IMG/VR virus record: IMGVR_UViG_3300002098_000094
Span: 1-34,264 of that record
Origin: a virus
Lineage: Duplodnaviria > Caudoviricetes
DNA length: 34,264 bases
Strand: one strand, 5' to 3'
The position numbers were made by a program, and so were the translations under genes. Under the pieces are notes generated by a model. The model saw only the letters and a program-made list of their open reading frames with translations. It had not been told where the DNA came from and made no database searches. Of the stretch, positions 15,997-25,374 are shown piece by piece (position 1 is the first letter of the stretch; every line of letters starts with the position of its first letter).

Positions 15997-16694
15997 CTAC
16001 GTTGTACAAATATAATTAAATTATTTTTAAATGATATTTGAATTGTTGATAAGAAAAACTAATTGCGTGGAAGGATGAAAGATTATAAGATGCGTTAATC
16101 CCGTTTGGAATAAAGCACAAGGGCGGGGATTGATAAACAGATAGGTTACTTGGGCAATTGTCAAAACCTAAACCCTGAGCGCATAACATGAGGGTGACAA
16201 CAATCAGGCCAGAGATTGAATAGCATCGTTAAGTGTTTATACAGGCCAGTAATAAACATGCCAAAAGGCAAAGCGCAAACCCCCTGAGATTAAACATTAT
16301 CAGGCTTGGTTTAGCTTTGGCCTTAAAACCCCCTAAACGCACCCTATCCCCTATCAAACACACCTTAGTTGCTTCAACTGTTCGGGGCGTGCAAGGCTTA
16401 TTCACACACCAAACACTAGTAATCACACACAGAATGTGAATGGGATAGTATTACTCTCTCTCGCTCTTAAATGGTGTTAGGGTTTTCTTCACTACTTGAT
16501 ACTAATACACACACACTAAACACTAAGCGCTACTAGGTACTAAGGGGGTCAAAGGCTAATTGCGTCTAAAATTTGTGTGATGAACACACTTTGTGCGATG
16601 GGGTCTGTTGGTCGGTGAGCGTGGGGAACCCCTCCAATCCCCCCAAAAAGAAAATATCTAATATATCAGTATAATTGATGGTACTATATAAATT

Positions 16695-16916
16695 ATGTAC
16701 AAACTTAATCTTTCACGTGGTGGTTATCGTTTATTGTTTTGGTTGCTAGAACATTCTTCTATGCCACTTAAACATGGGGTAGGTGGTTGGGCTGTTAAAG
16801 CTAAGTCAGATTTAGGTTATACGCAGTCAATGATTAGTATGTTGGCTAAAGAACTTGAAAGTCATGGTTTGCTTAAACGCACTACTCAAGGATTTACATT
16901 TACGTTAAATAGTTAA
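16695..16916 (+). CDS. small HTH protein (MarR-like wHTH), probably leaderless
   Basis: AKSDLGYTQSMISMLAKELESHGLLKR; extended -10 TGgTACTAT at 16679-16687. Confidence 0.65.
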   Translation: MYKLNLSRGGYRLLFWLLEHSSMPLKHGVGGWAVKAKSDLGYTQSMISMLAKELESHGLLKRTTQGFTFTLNS

Positions 16917-16925
16917 AGGGATGAT

Positions 16926-17144
16926 ATGGATACTAAGGCTTGGGTAGATTTTATTAATGCTAATGCACCGTTAGGGATTCATTATGTATTGATATTTAGA
17001 GATGAAACAGAAGCGCAAGATGATGGTGGGGTACGTACAGGGGTTGCTTTAAATTGTCATCCTACCGTTGCTGAAAAGGTCACTGCTGAAGTATTAAATA
17101 AATGGTCCGAGTTAGGCTTTGATAATGCTTTGGAAGCATCATGA
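16926..17144 (+). CDS. hypothetical protein
   Basis: RBS AAAGGGA; ORF track. Confidence 0.65.
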   Translation: MDTKAWVDFINANAPLGIHYVLIFRDETEAQDDGGVRTGVALNCHPTVAEKVTAEVLNKWSELGFDNALEAS

Positions 17145-17245
17145 AGCGATTACCTGAGTTTGAGGAAGTAGTGACTATCTTTTGTGCATTGTTTTTATTA
17201 GTGGCAGTGTATGCGCTAGTGGATTTTATTTCACAATTGCCATGA
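17141..17245 (+). CDS. 34-aa single-TM peptide
   Basis: ATGA overlaps at both ends; MKRLPEFEEVVTIFCALFLLVAVYALVDFISQLP. Confidence 0.55.
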   Translation: MKRLPEFEEVVTIFCALFLLVAVYALVDFISQLP

Positions 17246-19026
17246 AATTTAATAAACAACATTTCTGGAAGTTTTGTTCCAAACTTAAAATTGAGTCTAA
17301 AGAAAAAGGCTTAATTCCACTTGTGCCTAATGGCTGTCAGATTGCATATATTGATGCCATTGCGGATGGCTTAGAAAATGACATTCATGATTTTAAATTC
17401 CTTAAAGGTCGGCAGTTAGGGATTTCTACTATATCGCTTGCTTTAGATTTGTATTGGAATTTTAAACATACTGCTTTGCAAGGTACGTTAGTTACACACA
17501 ATGATGCTGCCCGTGATTTCTTTAGAGCAACATTAGGGGCTTATATGTCTTATTTGCCTAAAGAATATAAAGTGCCTATCAAAGCGCATAACCGCACACA
17601 ACTTATCTTTAAAAACAATTCACGGTTTGTTTATCAAGTAGCTGGTACAAGGTCATCTAGTGATTTAGGACGGTCAACGGCTTCTAGTTTTGCACATGCC
17701 ACTGAAGTAGCGTTTTGGGGTGATGAAGAAGGTTTAAAGTCTTTTGAAGCCACTCTTGCTGATAATAACCCTGACCGTCTGTATATTTGGGAATCTACTG
17801 CTAAAGGGTTTAATCATTGGAAAGATATGTGGGATACCGCTAAACGGTCTGTCACACAAAAAGCTGTATTTATTGGTTGGTGGCTTAATGAGCAATACCG
17901 TGCTGAAAAAGGGTCAGATATTTATGAAGCCTATTGGGATGGCACATTAGACGCAGAAGAACAATCATGGGTCAATAACGTACAACGGCTTTATAAATTT
18001 CATATAGAACCCGAACAAATTGCTTGGTGGCGTTGGCGCTTAGAAGAAAAAATGAACGGTGACCCCGTCATGATGATGCAAGAATTTCCACCAACAGAAG
18101 ATGATGCGTTTGTGTTGTCTGGTAGTCAATTTTTTACTTCTGATAGATTAACTAAAGCCTATCGTCATGCAATGGACTATGAAGATAATTATCAGTCATT
18201 AAGATTTAGCATGGGGGAGCGTTTTGATGAAACAGAATTACGGCCAACAACCCCATTAAATGCAGAATTAAAAATCTGGCAAATGCCAAAGAAAGGTGCT
18301 TATTATGTCATTGGTGCTGACCCTGCTTATGGCAGTAGTGATTGGGCTGATAGATTTGCTATTCAAGTCTTACGTTGTTATGCAGATGGAATTGAACAAG
18401 TGGCAGAGTATGCTACTGATGGTTGTAATACTTATCAATTTGCTTGGGTTATCGCTTATCTTGCAGGAGCTTATGGCAATTGTATGGTCAACCTTGAAAT
18501 AAATGGACCAGGTCAAGCGGTCTGGAATGAAATATTAAATCTTAAACGTCAGGCAGGAATGAATGTGCCTGGCATGTCAAAAGGAATACAAGATGTCTTG
18601 GGAAACATACGTTCTTACCTTTATAGGCGTACTGATGGCTTGGGTGCTGGTGGGTTAGCTTATCATTGGAAAACTACTTACGATACTAAAGCCCGTATGA
18701 TGCATTTCCTTAAAGATACGTTTGAACGTGAAAACTTACGAGTACGGTCTGTTGATTGTATTGATGAAATGAAATCGATTGTACAAGATGGCGGTTCAAT
18801 TGAGGCTTCTGGTAAAGGTAAGGATGATAGATGTATTGCTTTAGCACTTGCAGCCATTGCTTGGGGTGAATGGATGCGTTATGACTTAATTGCTAGTGGT
18901 CATACATTGGCATCCGCTTCTAGACGAGATGAAATTAACGCTACAGAACAAACGCAAACAGGCACAATTGTAATGAATTATCTAAAACGCATTGGAATTA
19001 GCGATGTTGGTACTCAACAGAGATGA
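17242..19026 (+). CDS. terL: terminase large subunit (start re-called to ATG 17242)
   Basis: Walker A LKGRQLGIST, Walker B AHATE, motif III ESTA, RNase H-like nuclease GADPA and KDDR. Confidence 0.92.
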   Translation: MKFNKQHFWKFCSKLKIESKEKGLIPLVPNGCQIAYIDAIADGLENDIHDFKFLKGRQLGISTISLALDLYWNFKHTALQGTLVTHNDAARDFFRATLGAYMSYLPKEYKVPIKAHNRTQLIFKNNSRFVYQVAGTRSSSDLGRSTASSFAHATEVAFWGDEEGLKSFEATLADNNPDRLYIWESTAKGFNHWKDMWDTAKRSVTQKAVFIGWWLNEQYRAEKGSDIYEAYWDGTLDAEEQSWVNNVQRLYKFHIEPEQIAWWRWRLEEKMNGDPVMMMQEFPPTEDDAFVLSGSQFFTSDRLTKAYRHAMDYEDNYQSLRFSMGERFDETELRPTTPLNAELKIWQMPKKGAYYVIGADPAYGSSDWADRFAIQVLRCYADGIEQVAEYATDGCNTYQFAWVIAYLAGAYGNCMVNLEINGPGQAVWNEILNLKRQAGMNVPGMSKGIQDVLGNIRSYLYRRTDGLGAGGLAYHWKTTYDTKARMMHFLKDTFERENLRVRSVDCIDEMKSIVQDGGSIEASGKGKDDRCIALALAAIAWGEWMRYDLIASGHTLASASRRDEINATEQTQTGTIVMNYLKRIGISDVGTQQR

Positions 19027-19519
19027 AGTTAGACAACGGTTAAGAGTGATGTTGTATCAAGACCAATTGCCTGTAGCCCGTATCGCTAAAGATTGCGGAA
19101 TGGATGGCAAAACAATACAACTTGCTTCTAATGGTGAAATGACCAATAGAACATTACAAAGGTTTTCTAGATGGTTTGATTTAAAGGATAAAGGCGTTTT
19201 AATGCCTAGAATCCAAGAAAATAAGACTATTTTGCCTACAGATGGCAATAAAACCCGTGTCATTGCTCAATTATTACGTATGTTTGTTGAATTAAAGCAA
19301 ATAAACGGTAAATTTGGATTATCTAAAGACAATTTAGAACAATTAACGCATGAACAACTACAAATGGAGTTTTTTACAGTAGAAAGTCAATTAAAATACT
19401 ATTTACTTAAAAAATACAATAGTTTGATAGAAAAATACCATATTTGGTTATATGATAAGTGGGATTATTGGCAATGGAAAGAAAAAGTGGAGCTGACGTT
19501 GCAAGATATCAACAAGTAA
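19004..19519 (+). CDS. hypothetical protein with N-terminal HTH
   Basis: LPVARIAKDCGMDGKTIQLASNG; ATG 19004 preferred. Confidence 0.6.
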   Translation: MLVLNRDEVRQRLRVMLYQDQLPVARIAKDCGMDGKTIQLASNGEMTNRTLQRFSRWFDLKDKGVLMPRIQENKTILPTDGNKTRVIAQLLRMFVELKQINGKFGLSKDNLEQLTHEQLQMEFFTVESQLKYYLLKKYNSLIEKYHIWLYDKWDYWQWKEKVELTLQDINK

Positions 19520-19923
19520 GGAATTTACCGACCCCTGTAGCTAATGGGGTATATGAAATGACGGTAAAAGCCTTTGAAAAAGGCTGTCCTCACTATGAAC
19601 ACCCTTTAATACTGCGTGGATTGATTCATAAGCCATTTAAAGAGGGTAGAAGTTGGAAAATTAAAGCACGTGGCGTTGAAATGTTTTTTCGTTGGTACAT
19701 GAATGAACTTCCACCTAATGTTTTAGCTGGTAAACGCTATACTATTGTTGGAGATTTGCTTTCAGCTAATCAAGGCAATAAATTTATTCTTGATGATTGT
19801 GTAATTGTTCCTAGACATCAAGATTTTATGGAAAAATTAGAATCAGTCATACACAACAATGTATTAAACATTAATGAATACATTGATAAACCTGATAGGG
19901 ATACATTTTTTATTAAGGAGTAA
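19459..19923 (+). CDS. hypothetical protein, possibly OB-fold (start uncertain)
   Basis: ORF track; beta-rich LAGKRYTIVGDL...FILDDC. Confidence 0.5.
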   Translation: MGLLAMERKSGADVARYQQVRNLPTPVANGVYEMTVKAFEKGCPHYEHPLILRGLIHKPFKEGRSWKIKARGVEMFFRWYMNELPPNVLAGKRYTIVGDLLSANQGNKFILDDCVIVPRHQDFMEKLESVIHNNVLNINEYIDKPDRDTFFIKE

Positions 19924-19925
19924 GC

Positions 19926-20861
19926 ATGGCCATTGTTTTACCAAAATCTATACAGCCAACGGCTACGCCTGCTTTGCAAAAAACAATGAATCCTGTTTTG
20001 GTATCTCCTAACAATCCTGTACCTATTACGACCGATGATAAAGGTCAACAATACGTTAATTTTTATCCATCTAAAACGTATTTTGAAAAAGAGCAAGCCC
20101 CTTTAAAATATCCAATGGCTTCATTAGATAGATTAGCGCAATCCGATGCGTTAGCTAGAATGAAAAATTTATATCCACCAGGTGTGGAAAAATATACATT
20201 AGCGCAATCATTAGTTGAAAACAGACCGCATGATTATGGAGTCAATCAAGTTAATATTAATTGGGGGTCTGCGCCTACTAAAAAGTTTTTAAATACGCAA
20301 AAAGAAATTGCAGCGTTAGATGTAGAAATTAAAAAAATAAATTATTCAAATATTAATGCGCCAGGCAATTTTGAAAAATTAAGACATTTAACACAACAAC
20401 AAACTGATTTAATTAATCAAACTTATGGTGAACAGCATTGGAATAAACCTAATGCAAATTATGAGAAAATTAATCAGATTGTTGACCAATTAGGTTTAAA
20501 TCGTTCAACTAATCAAGAAATTGAACCAATTAAAAATAAAAAAGGCAATATTGTTGGTTATCAAAAATATGATGTATTTAATGGACCATCTAATCCAAAT
20601 CCAGAACAAGTCAGTAAATATCGTGTATTGGCTTTAGCTAATAAATATTATGAAAGTGGTCAAAAAGCCAAAGGATTAGATTTAATTCAGTTATACAATG
20701 GTGATGGTCCAAAAGCTAAAGAATACCGTAAAAAAGTTGAAGAAGCAGATTATTTGTTAAACAAAAATCCTGCCAATCAAGAAGCACGTATGATTTATGA
20801 TAAATTGTTAAAGAAATATTTAGACCAATATCAAAGGGAGAAACAACATGGCGGTTCTTAA
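19926..20861 (+). CDS. putative lysozyme-like/lytic transglycosylase virion protein
   Basis: LAQSLVEN (catalytic Glu), YGVNQ (GxxQ), IQLYNGDG..A..Y..KV (YNxG) with long insertions. Confidence 0.5.
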   Translation: MAIVLPKSIQPTATPALQKTMNPVLVSPNNPVPITTDDKGQQYVNFYPSKTYFEKEQAPLKYPMASLDRLAQSDALARMKNLYPPGVEKYTLAQSLVENRPHDYGVNQVNINWGSAPTKKFLNTQKEIAALDVEIKKINYSNINAPGNFEKLRHLTQQQTDLINQTYGEQHWNKPNANYEKINQIVDQLGLNRSTNQEIEPIKNKKGNIVGYQKYDVFNGPSNPNPEQVSKYRVLALANKYYESGQKAKGLDLIQLYNGDGPKAKEYRKKVEEADYLLNKNPANQEARMIYDKLLKKYLDQYQREKQHGGS

Positions 20862-21258
20862 AGAATATATTTGCAAAGCACATGGGATATTTGAAGCATT
20901 TGATGCTGCTTGTCCTTATGGTTGTAAAGGCACAATGGTTGAACGTGATTTTAGGTCAGCGCCTAGTGTGCATTTTAAAGATGGCGTAAATCGTTCTAAC
21001 AATATTGATAAAACATTAAATACATTGGCTTCTGATTTTAATATGACTGATATGAAACATAATTCAACAGGTTCAGTATCAGGTAATATGCATCAAGATT
21101 TAGCGCCACGTTGGGGCAAAGGTGGATTGTCTAGTTTACAAGCAGAAGGCCATCAATTAGGCCATTCTGGATTAAATGCGGTAAAAGGTTCTTTAGCAAG
21201 ACCAGAAGCCTCTATACCGATGAATGTAAGAACAGAGAGTGCAAAGGAACTTAAATGA
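20848..21258 (+). CDS. FmdB-like zinc-ribbon protein
   Basis: EYICKAHGIFEAFDAACPYGC...ER.FRSAPSV; pre-portal position. Confidence 0.65.
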   Translation: MAVLKEYICKAHGIFEAFDAACPYGCKGTMVERDFRSAPSVHFKDGVNRSNNIDKTLNTLASDFNMTDMKHNSTGSVSGNMHQDLAPRWGKGGLSSLQAEGHQLGHSGLNAVKGSLARPEASIPMNVRTESAKELK

Positions 21259-22865
21259 AGATACCAAAAGACGGTTTAGAACGTGAAAATTTTTATTGGG
21301 ATTTATTACAAAAATGTTCATATTCCGCAAACAACCGCAAACCCCAGTACAGCCGCCTTCGCAACAATTTCCTGTTTGGCAGCACAGAAGGCTCTCCCGT
21401 TGCTTTCAACAAGATTTATCCGCACATCGACCTTCTGACTTCGTTTCTGTTTTCGATAGACACTACAAGGTTCAGCGTTGAATTAGATGCCGATGCCCAT
21501 GAAGAAGAAGTTAATAAATTAAATAAAGCAACACAAGCCGTTAATGAAGCATGGCACAAAGGTAATGCAGATGTTGTGTTTAATACGTGCTTGCAATGGT
21601 CTTTAGTGTACAACACCATGATATGTAAAGTTGTGCCTGGCATTGGTGGTAGCGTTTCTTATTATGCGTTAGAACCACATGCGTTTGGTGTGTTACGTGA
21701 GGATATTCCTTACATTGACCGTCAAGAAGCCATGTATCACGAATATTTTATTACTAAATCAGAATTAGACCGTTTACTTGAAAAACATCCACATCGTGAA
21801 TCTATTTTAAAACGCCTTGAAGGTTCACCAGCATCAATGCAAGAAACAATGCCAGATGCAGTCAGTCGTTTAATTACTTCTGCATCAACGCCTAATATGA
21901 TTGGTAATGCACGTATTGCAGATGTAAATACAGATTATCGACCACAGGTGGCAGAAGATGTTATTAAAATGTATGAATTGTGGTTGTGGAATGATGAAAT
22001 TAACGATTATCAAACAGTCACTATGGCAGAACAAGGGGTGGTTATTTATGACCGCAAAAACATATTTGTAGAAGGTGAAGTGCCTTTTGTGCAAGTATGT
22101 CCTAATCCTTTGTATGATTATTTTTGGGGTGAGTCAGAAGTTGAGCGTTTGGTTGAGCTTCAAAAATGGCGTACACAACGAATGGAAGATATTGATGAAT
22201 TATTTAACAAACAAGCTAGACCACCTACTTCTATCAACGGTACATTTGGTATTTTAGATGAACAAAATTTCGCATTAAATTATGCAGGCGGTTTGCTTAA
22301 ATCACAAGACCCTACGGCTAAAGTAGAACGGTTTACGCCAGATTTTCCACCAGAGGCTTTCCAAGTCATTCATGAAATTGATGCCATGTTTGCAGAAGCA
22401 TCTGGCATGGGTAATATGATGATGGGTAAAGGTGAATCTGGTGTACGTAGTAAAGGTCATGCAGATACGCTTGCTAGAATAGGCTCTAGCCGTGCTAAAA
22501 AACGTGCATTGATAGTAGAAGATGCATTAGAAAAGATTGCAAGTCTTACGCTTAAAGTATTGCGTATTTACGACAAAACACGTTTCCTTGATGACGACCA
22601 CATGCCATTTATTTTAAATCAATTAACAAGTAAATGTGTTGTAAAAGTGGATGCGCACAGTTCAAGCCCAATTTATGTAGAAGATTATAAACAATTAGTT
22701 GGTGAATTATTCCAAGCACAAGCCATTGACCGTAAGAGTATGATTGAAATGCTACATCCACCAATGGAATCTATTTTGCTTGACCGTTTAAAGAAAATTG
22801 AAGAAAACGAACAAAAAGCACAACAACAACAAGCGCAACAAGGTGGCGGTGGTGAGAAAAAATAA
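21255..22865 (+). CDS. portal protein
   Basis: 536 aa between TerL and capsid genes; PFVQ...YFWGESEV..L..LQ pattern; Gln-rich C-terminal helix. Confidence 0.8.
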   Translation: MKIPKDGLERENFYWDLLQKCSYSANNRKPQYSRLRNNFLFGSTEGSPVAFNKIYPHIDLLTSFLFSIDTTRFSVELDADAHEEEVNKLNKATQAVNEAWHKGNADVVFNTCLQWSLVYNTMICKVVPGIGGSVSYYALEPHAFGVLREDIPYIDRQEAMYHEYFITKSELDRLLEKHPHRESILKRLEGSPASMQETMPDAVSRLITSASTPNMIGNARIADVNTDYRPQVAEDVIKMYELWLWNDEINDYQTVTMAEQGVVIYDRKNIFVEGEVPFVQVCPNPLYDYFWGESEVERLVELQKWRTQRMEDIDELFNKQARPPTSINGTFGILDEQNFALNYAGGLLKSQDPTAKVERFTPDFPPEAFQVIHEIDAMFAEASGMGNMMMGKGESGVRSKGHADTLARIGSSRAKKRALIVEDALEKIASLTLKVLRIYDKTRFLDDDHMPFILNQLTSKCVVKVDAHSSSPIYVEDYKQLVGELFQAQAIDRKSMIEMLHPPMESILLDRLKKIEENEQKAQQQQAQQGGGGEKK

Positions 22866-22903
22866 CATTTGATGAATATTTAATCACTTGTTATCAAAAT
22901 CTA

Positions 22904-22932
22904 TTGACAACATAAAATGTTAGGTGCAATCT
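22904..22932 (+). promoter_or_regulatory. putative promoter of the head operon
   Basis: TTGACA-N17-CAATCT. Confidence 0.5.
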
Positions 22933-23015
22933 ACTGATAATCCTAGTAATAGGAGTGGGATATGGCTGATTTTCCCGTGAAATAATTGGCCCGTTAAATG
23001 AGGGAGGTATTCATC

Positions 23016-23057
23016 ATGGCACGTAAAGCTCGCAAAGGCCGTAAGGCACGTAAGTAA
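23016..23057 (+). CDS. 13-aa protamine-like peptide MARKARKGRKARK
   Basis: Perfect SD GGAGGT with normal spacing; xRK repeated four times with synonymous codon variation. Confidence 0.7.
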   Translation: MARKARKGRKARK

Positions 23058-23152
23058 TTCTTAAATGAATTACTTTTGTCGACTGTAGGAGTTATTCCCT
23101 TTCGCTTACAGTCGGCATATTTTAGTGTTCAAAACGGAGCATTAAAGTATGC
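23052..23152 (+). ncRNA. three tandem hairpins, putative structured RNA in the late transcript
   Basis: aagtaattc/gaattactt; 12-bp stem 23078-23116 with 15-nt loop; 16-bp stem 23115-23152; G-U pairs favour + strand. Confidence 0.55.
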
Positions 23153-23173
23153 TCGAACAAATAGGAGAAAAAA

Positions 23174-23575
23174 ATGGCTGGTTCTAATATTGGTAGTAAA
23201 TTACCGTCACAACTAGGATATGTGTTGTTAGGTCAAGTAACAGGCGCTAACTTTAACCAAGTAGCTGACGTACAAATTCCATTAATTGATACACCGACTA
23301 AATTCCGTGTACGTGCAGTTTGTTTAACTAACGCTTCAACTAATCCAACTACTGCAAGATTTGGTATTTTTAGTGGTACAGCAGGTTCTGGTACAACCAT
23401 TGTGAATGCTAGTACAACACCATCATTGGCAACAGCAGCTACACTTCAAGATTTAACTGTTACAGAAACAACTTCAATCACAGGTACAGGTTCTATTTAT
23501 TTGAACTTAACAACAGCGCAAGGTGCTGCTGCTACTGTGGATATTTATGTTTATGGCGATATTTTGACTGCTTAA
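23174..23575 (+). CDS. putative head decoration protein (beta-rich)
   Basis: RBS AGGAG; Thr/Ala/Gly-rich, ends ATVDIYVYGD. Confidence 0.6.
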   Translation: MAGSNIGSKLPSQLGYVLLGQVTGANFNQVADVQIPLIDTPTKFRVRAVCLTNASTNPTTARFGIFSGTAGSGTTIVNASTTPSLATAATLQDLTVTETTSITGTGSIYLNLTTAQGAAATVDIYVYGDILTA

Positions 23576-23577
23576 TC

Positions 23578-24174
23578 ATGGCTAAAGACATAGGCAATTC
23601 ATTACAAGTATCTATTGGTTCTAGTTTGCCGACTTATAAGGCAGTGTTGTTTGATGTTGTACCTTATACTTCTGCTACAGACATTTTAAATATTTCAAAT
23701 CCAAGCACATCTACAGTTGCTTTGGTAATTTCCAGAGTTTATGTTTCTTACGATGCTACAGGTTCATCTACATCAGATGTTTACATCACACGTAGAATTA
23801 CCGCTAATACTGGTGGCACACCAACAACATTTACAACAACACAACAAGCATTTTTATCTGGTCAAGGTGTAATTACACAGCATGATACTAATGACCAAGC
23901 AACACAAGCTACTGTTGTTGGTTATACGGCAGCGCCAACATTAGGCACACCTAATATTATTGATGCAGCACACATAACTATTCCTGCAACTGCAACGCCT
24001 GCTGTTCCTGTAACCTACGTTGAATTGAACTACAATAATCGTGGTGCAAAAGCACCTATTATTAGACCAGGTCAATCTGTATCTTTATCTTTAGGTGGTA
24101 ATGCTGTTCCTGCTGGTGCATCTTTATATGCAACTGTTGAATGGGTTGAAGTACCAACCATAAGTTTATTTTAA
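23578..24174 (+). CDS. putative virion structural protein (beta-sandwich)
   Basis: Thr-rich, IIRPGQSVSL...VEWVE C-terminus. Confidence 0.6.
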   Translation: MAKDIGNSLQVSIGSSLPTYKAVLFDVVPYTSATDILNISNPSTSTVALVISRVYVSYDATGSSTSDVYITRRITANTGGTPTTFTTTQQAFLSGQGVITQHDTNDQATQATVVGYTAAPTLGTPNIIDAAHITIPATATPAVPVTYVELNYNNRGAKAPIIRPGQSVSLSLGGNAVPAGASLYATVEWVEVPTISLF

Positions 24175-24183
24175 GGAGTAATC

Positions 24184-24603
24184 ATGGCAGATGCACAAGG
24201 ACTACCACCAGATTTACAAAAAATGATTGGCTCTCCAGGTCAAGCACCGCAAGGCGATGCTGCAAGCGCACCAACTGGCGCACCTATGAGCATAGACCAA
24301 CCTAAAGATGGTGATAAATTAGCTGCTAAAAATCAAGTGACCGTTGCAATGAGTATGCTTGAACAAGCATTATTAGCTTTGGGTTCTCATTCAGAAGAAG
24401 GTCGTACTGTAATGGATGTATTATTGAAACTTTCAAAATATTTCCACAAAGAAGATAATAATGAATTAGTACCAGCGCAATTAATGAGCATGATGCAATC
24501 GATGCCACAAGTTGGTGGCGGTACACCAGAGCAATTAGCCTTGATGAAGGCGCAATCGCAAGGTGCGGGTGGTCAACCACCAGCGCCACAACCTCAACAG
24601 TAA
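24184..24603 (+). CDS. head morphogenesis hypothetical protein (Pro/Gln/Met-rich)
   Basis: RBS AAGGAG; position in head module. Confidence 0.65.
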   Translation: MADAQGLPPDLQKMIGSPGQAPQGDAASAPTGAPMSIDQPKDGDKLAAKNQVTVAMSMLEQALLALGSHSEEGRTVMDVLLKLSKYFHKEDNNELVPAQLMSMMQSMPQVGGGTPEQLALMKAQSQGAGGQPPAPQPQQ

Positions 24604-24613
24604 GGAGATAAAG

Positions 24614-24808
24614 ATGGCTACTAAAACAGAATGGATGAAACCAGCAAGTTACGGTATTCGTGACCCATTGGATATTAAACAAAATCACGGTCGTGTTGTT
24701 AATCCACCACGTTTAAATCAAATGGGTGGTTTGGATAAATTGCATGAACCACATGGTCATTACAAAAATGAAATGACTATTAAAAAACCTGGTGCATCAG
24801 TTAAATAA
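24614..24808 (+). CDS. small basic head-module protein (start re-called)
   Basis: AAGGAG RBS before in-frame ATG 24614. Confidence 0.65.
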   Translation: MATKTEWMKPASYGIRDPLDIKQNHGRVVNPPRLNQMGGLDKLHEPHGHYKNEMTIKKPGASVK

Positions 24809-24822
24809 TTAAGGAAAATATC

Positions 24823-25332
24823 ATGTCACTCGAAAATGTGTCATTGGATGAAATGGAATCTCTTGCAACGCTTTCTAAAACGCTTGCGGATAATCCTGCT
24901 ACACGTAGACAGTTTCTTGAACTAATTAAAACAGCTTCACCAACTACCAATATTCCAGAAATTGATATGGAATATCGGATGAATGAAAGAACTAAACCGC
25001 TTCAAGACAAAATTTCTAGTCTTGAATCGCAACTTCGTGAAAATGAGTTTAAAGAATTACGCAAATCTAGTCATAAAAAACTAATGGATATGGGTATTCC
25101 TAAAGACGAAATTGCAGAAGTTGAAAAATTGATGTTAGATAAACAAATTGGCAATTTTGATACTGCTGGTGAATTTTATCTTAGTCAAAAGCAGACTGCT
25201 ACACCCACAGCAGGTACTTTCTCTACTCCTATGACAATGCCTAGCATTAAAGAAATGGGTGGAGATATTAACTCTTGGGCTAGAAGTCAAGCAAACGATG
25301 CCATCAATGATATTTTGAAGGCTAGACGTTAA
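24823..25332 (+). CDS. putative capsid scaffolding protein
   Basis: Helical/coiled coil, immediately upstream of major capsid gene, basic C-end. Confidence 0.6.
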   Translation: MSLENVSLDEMESLATLSKTLADNPATRRQFLELIKTASPTTNIPEIDMEYRMNERTKPLQDKISSLESQLRENEFKELRKSSHKKLMDMGIPKDEIAEVEKLMLDKQIGNFDTAGEFYLSQKQTATPTAGTFSTPMTMPSIKEMGGDINSWARSQANDAINDILKARR

Positions 25333-25374
25333 TATTAACTGGGCTTTGCCCTGCTTTTTTAAGGAGAAATAATT

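Noticed and set aside
16229-16439. Two overlapping opposite-strand ORFs as small terminase
   Set aside because: Non-ATG starts, no RBS, atypical composition, no TerS-like features
17182-17241. N-terminal extension of TerL from TTG 17182
   Set aside because: Region is better explained by the coupled 17141-17245 peptide, with TerL starting at ATG 17242
22935-22965. Hammerhead ribozyme (CUGAUAA followed by hairpin)
   Set aside because: Core deviates from CUGANGA and no GAAA follows the stem
25341-25360. Terminator before the major capsid gene
   Set aside because: Only a 4-bp stem with 3-nt loop, separated from the T run; too weak to call
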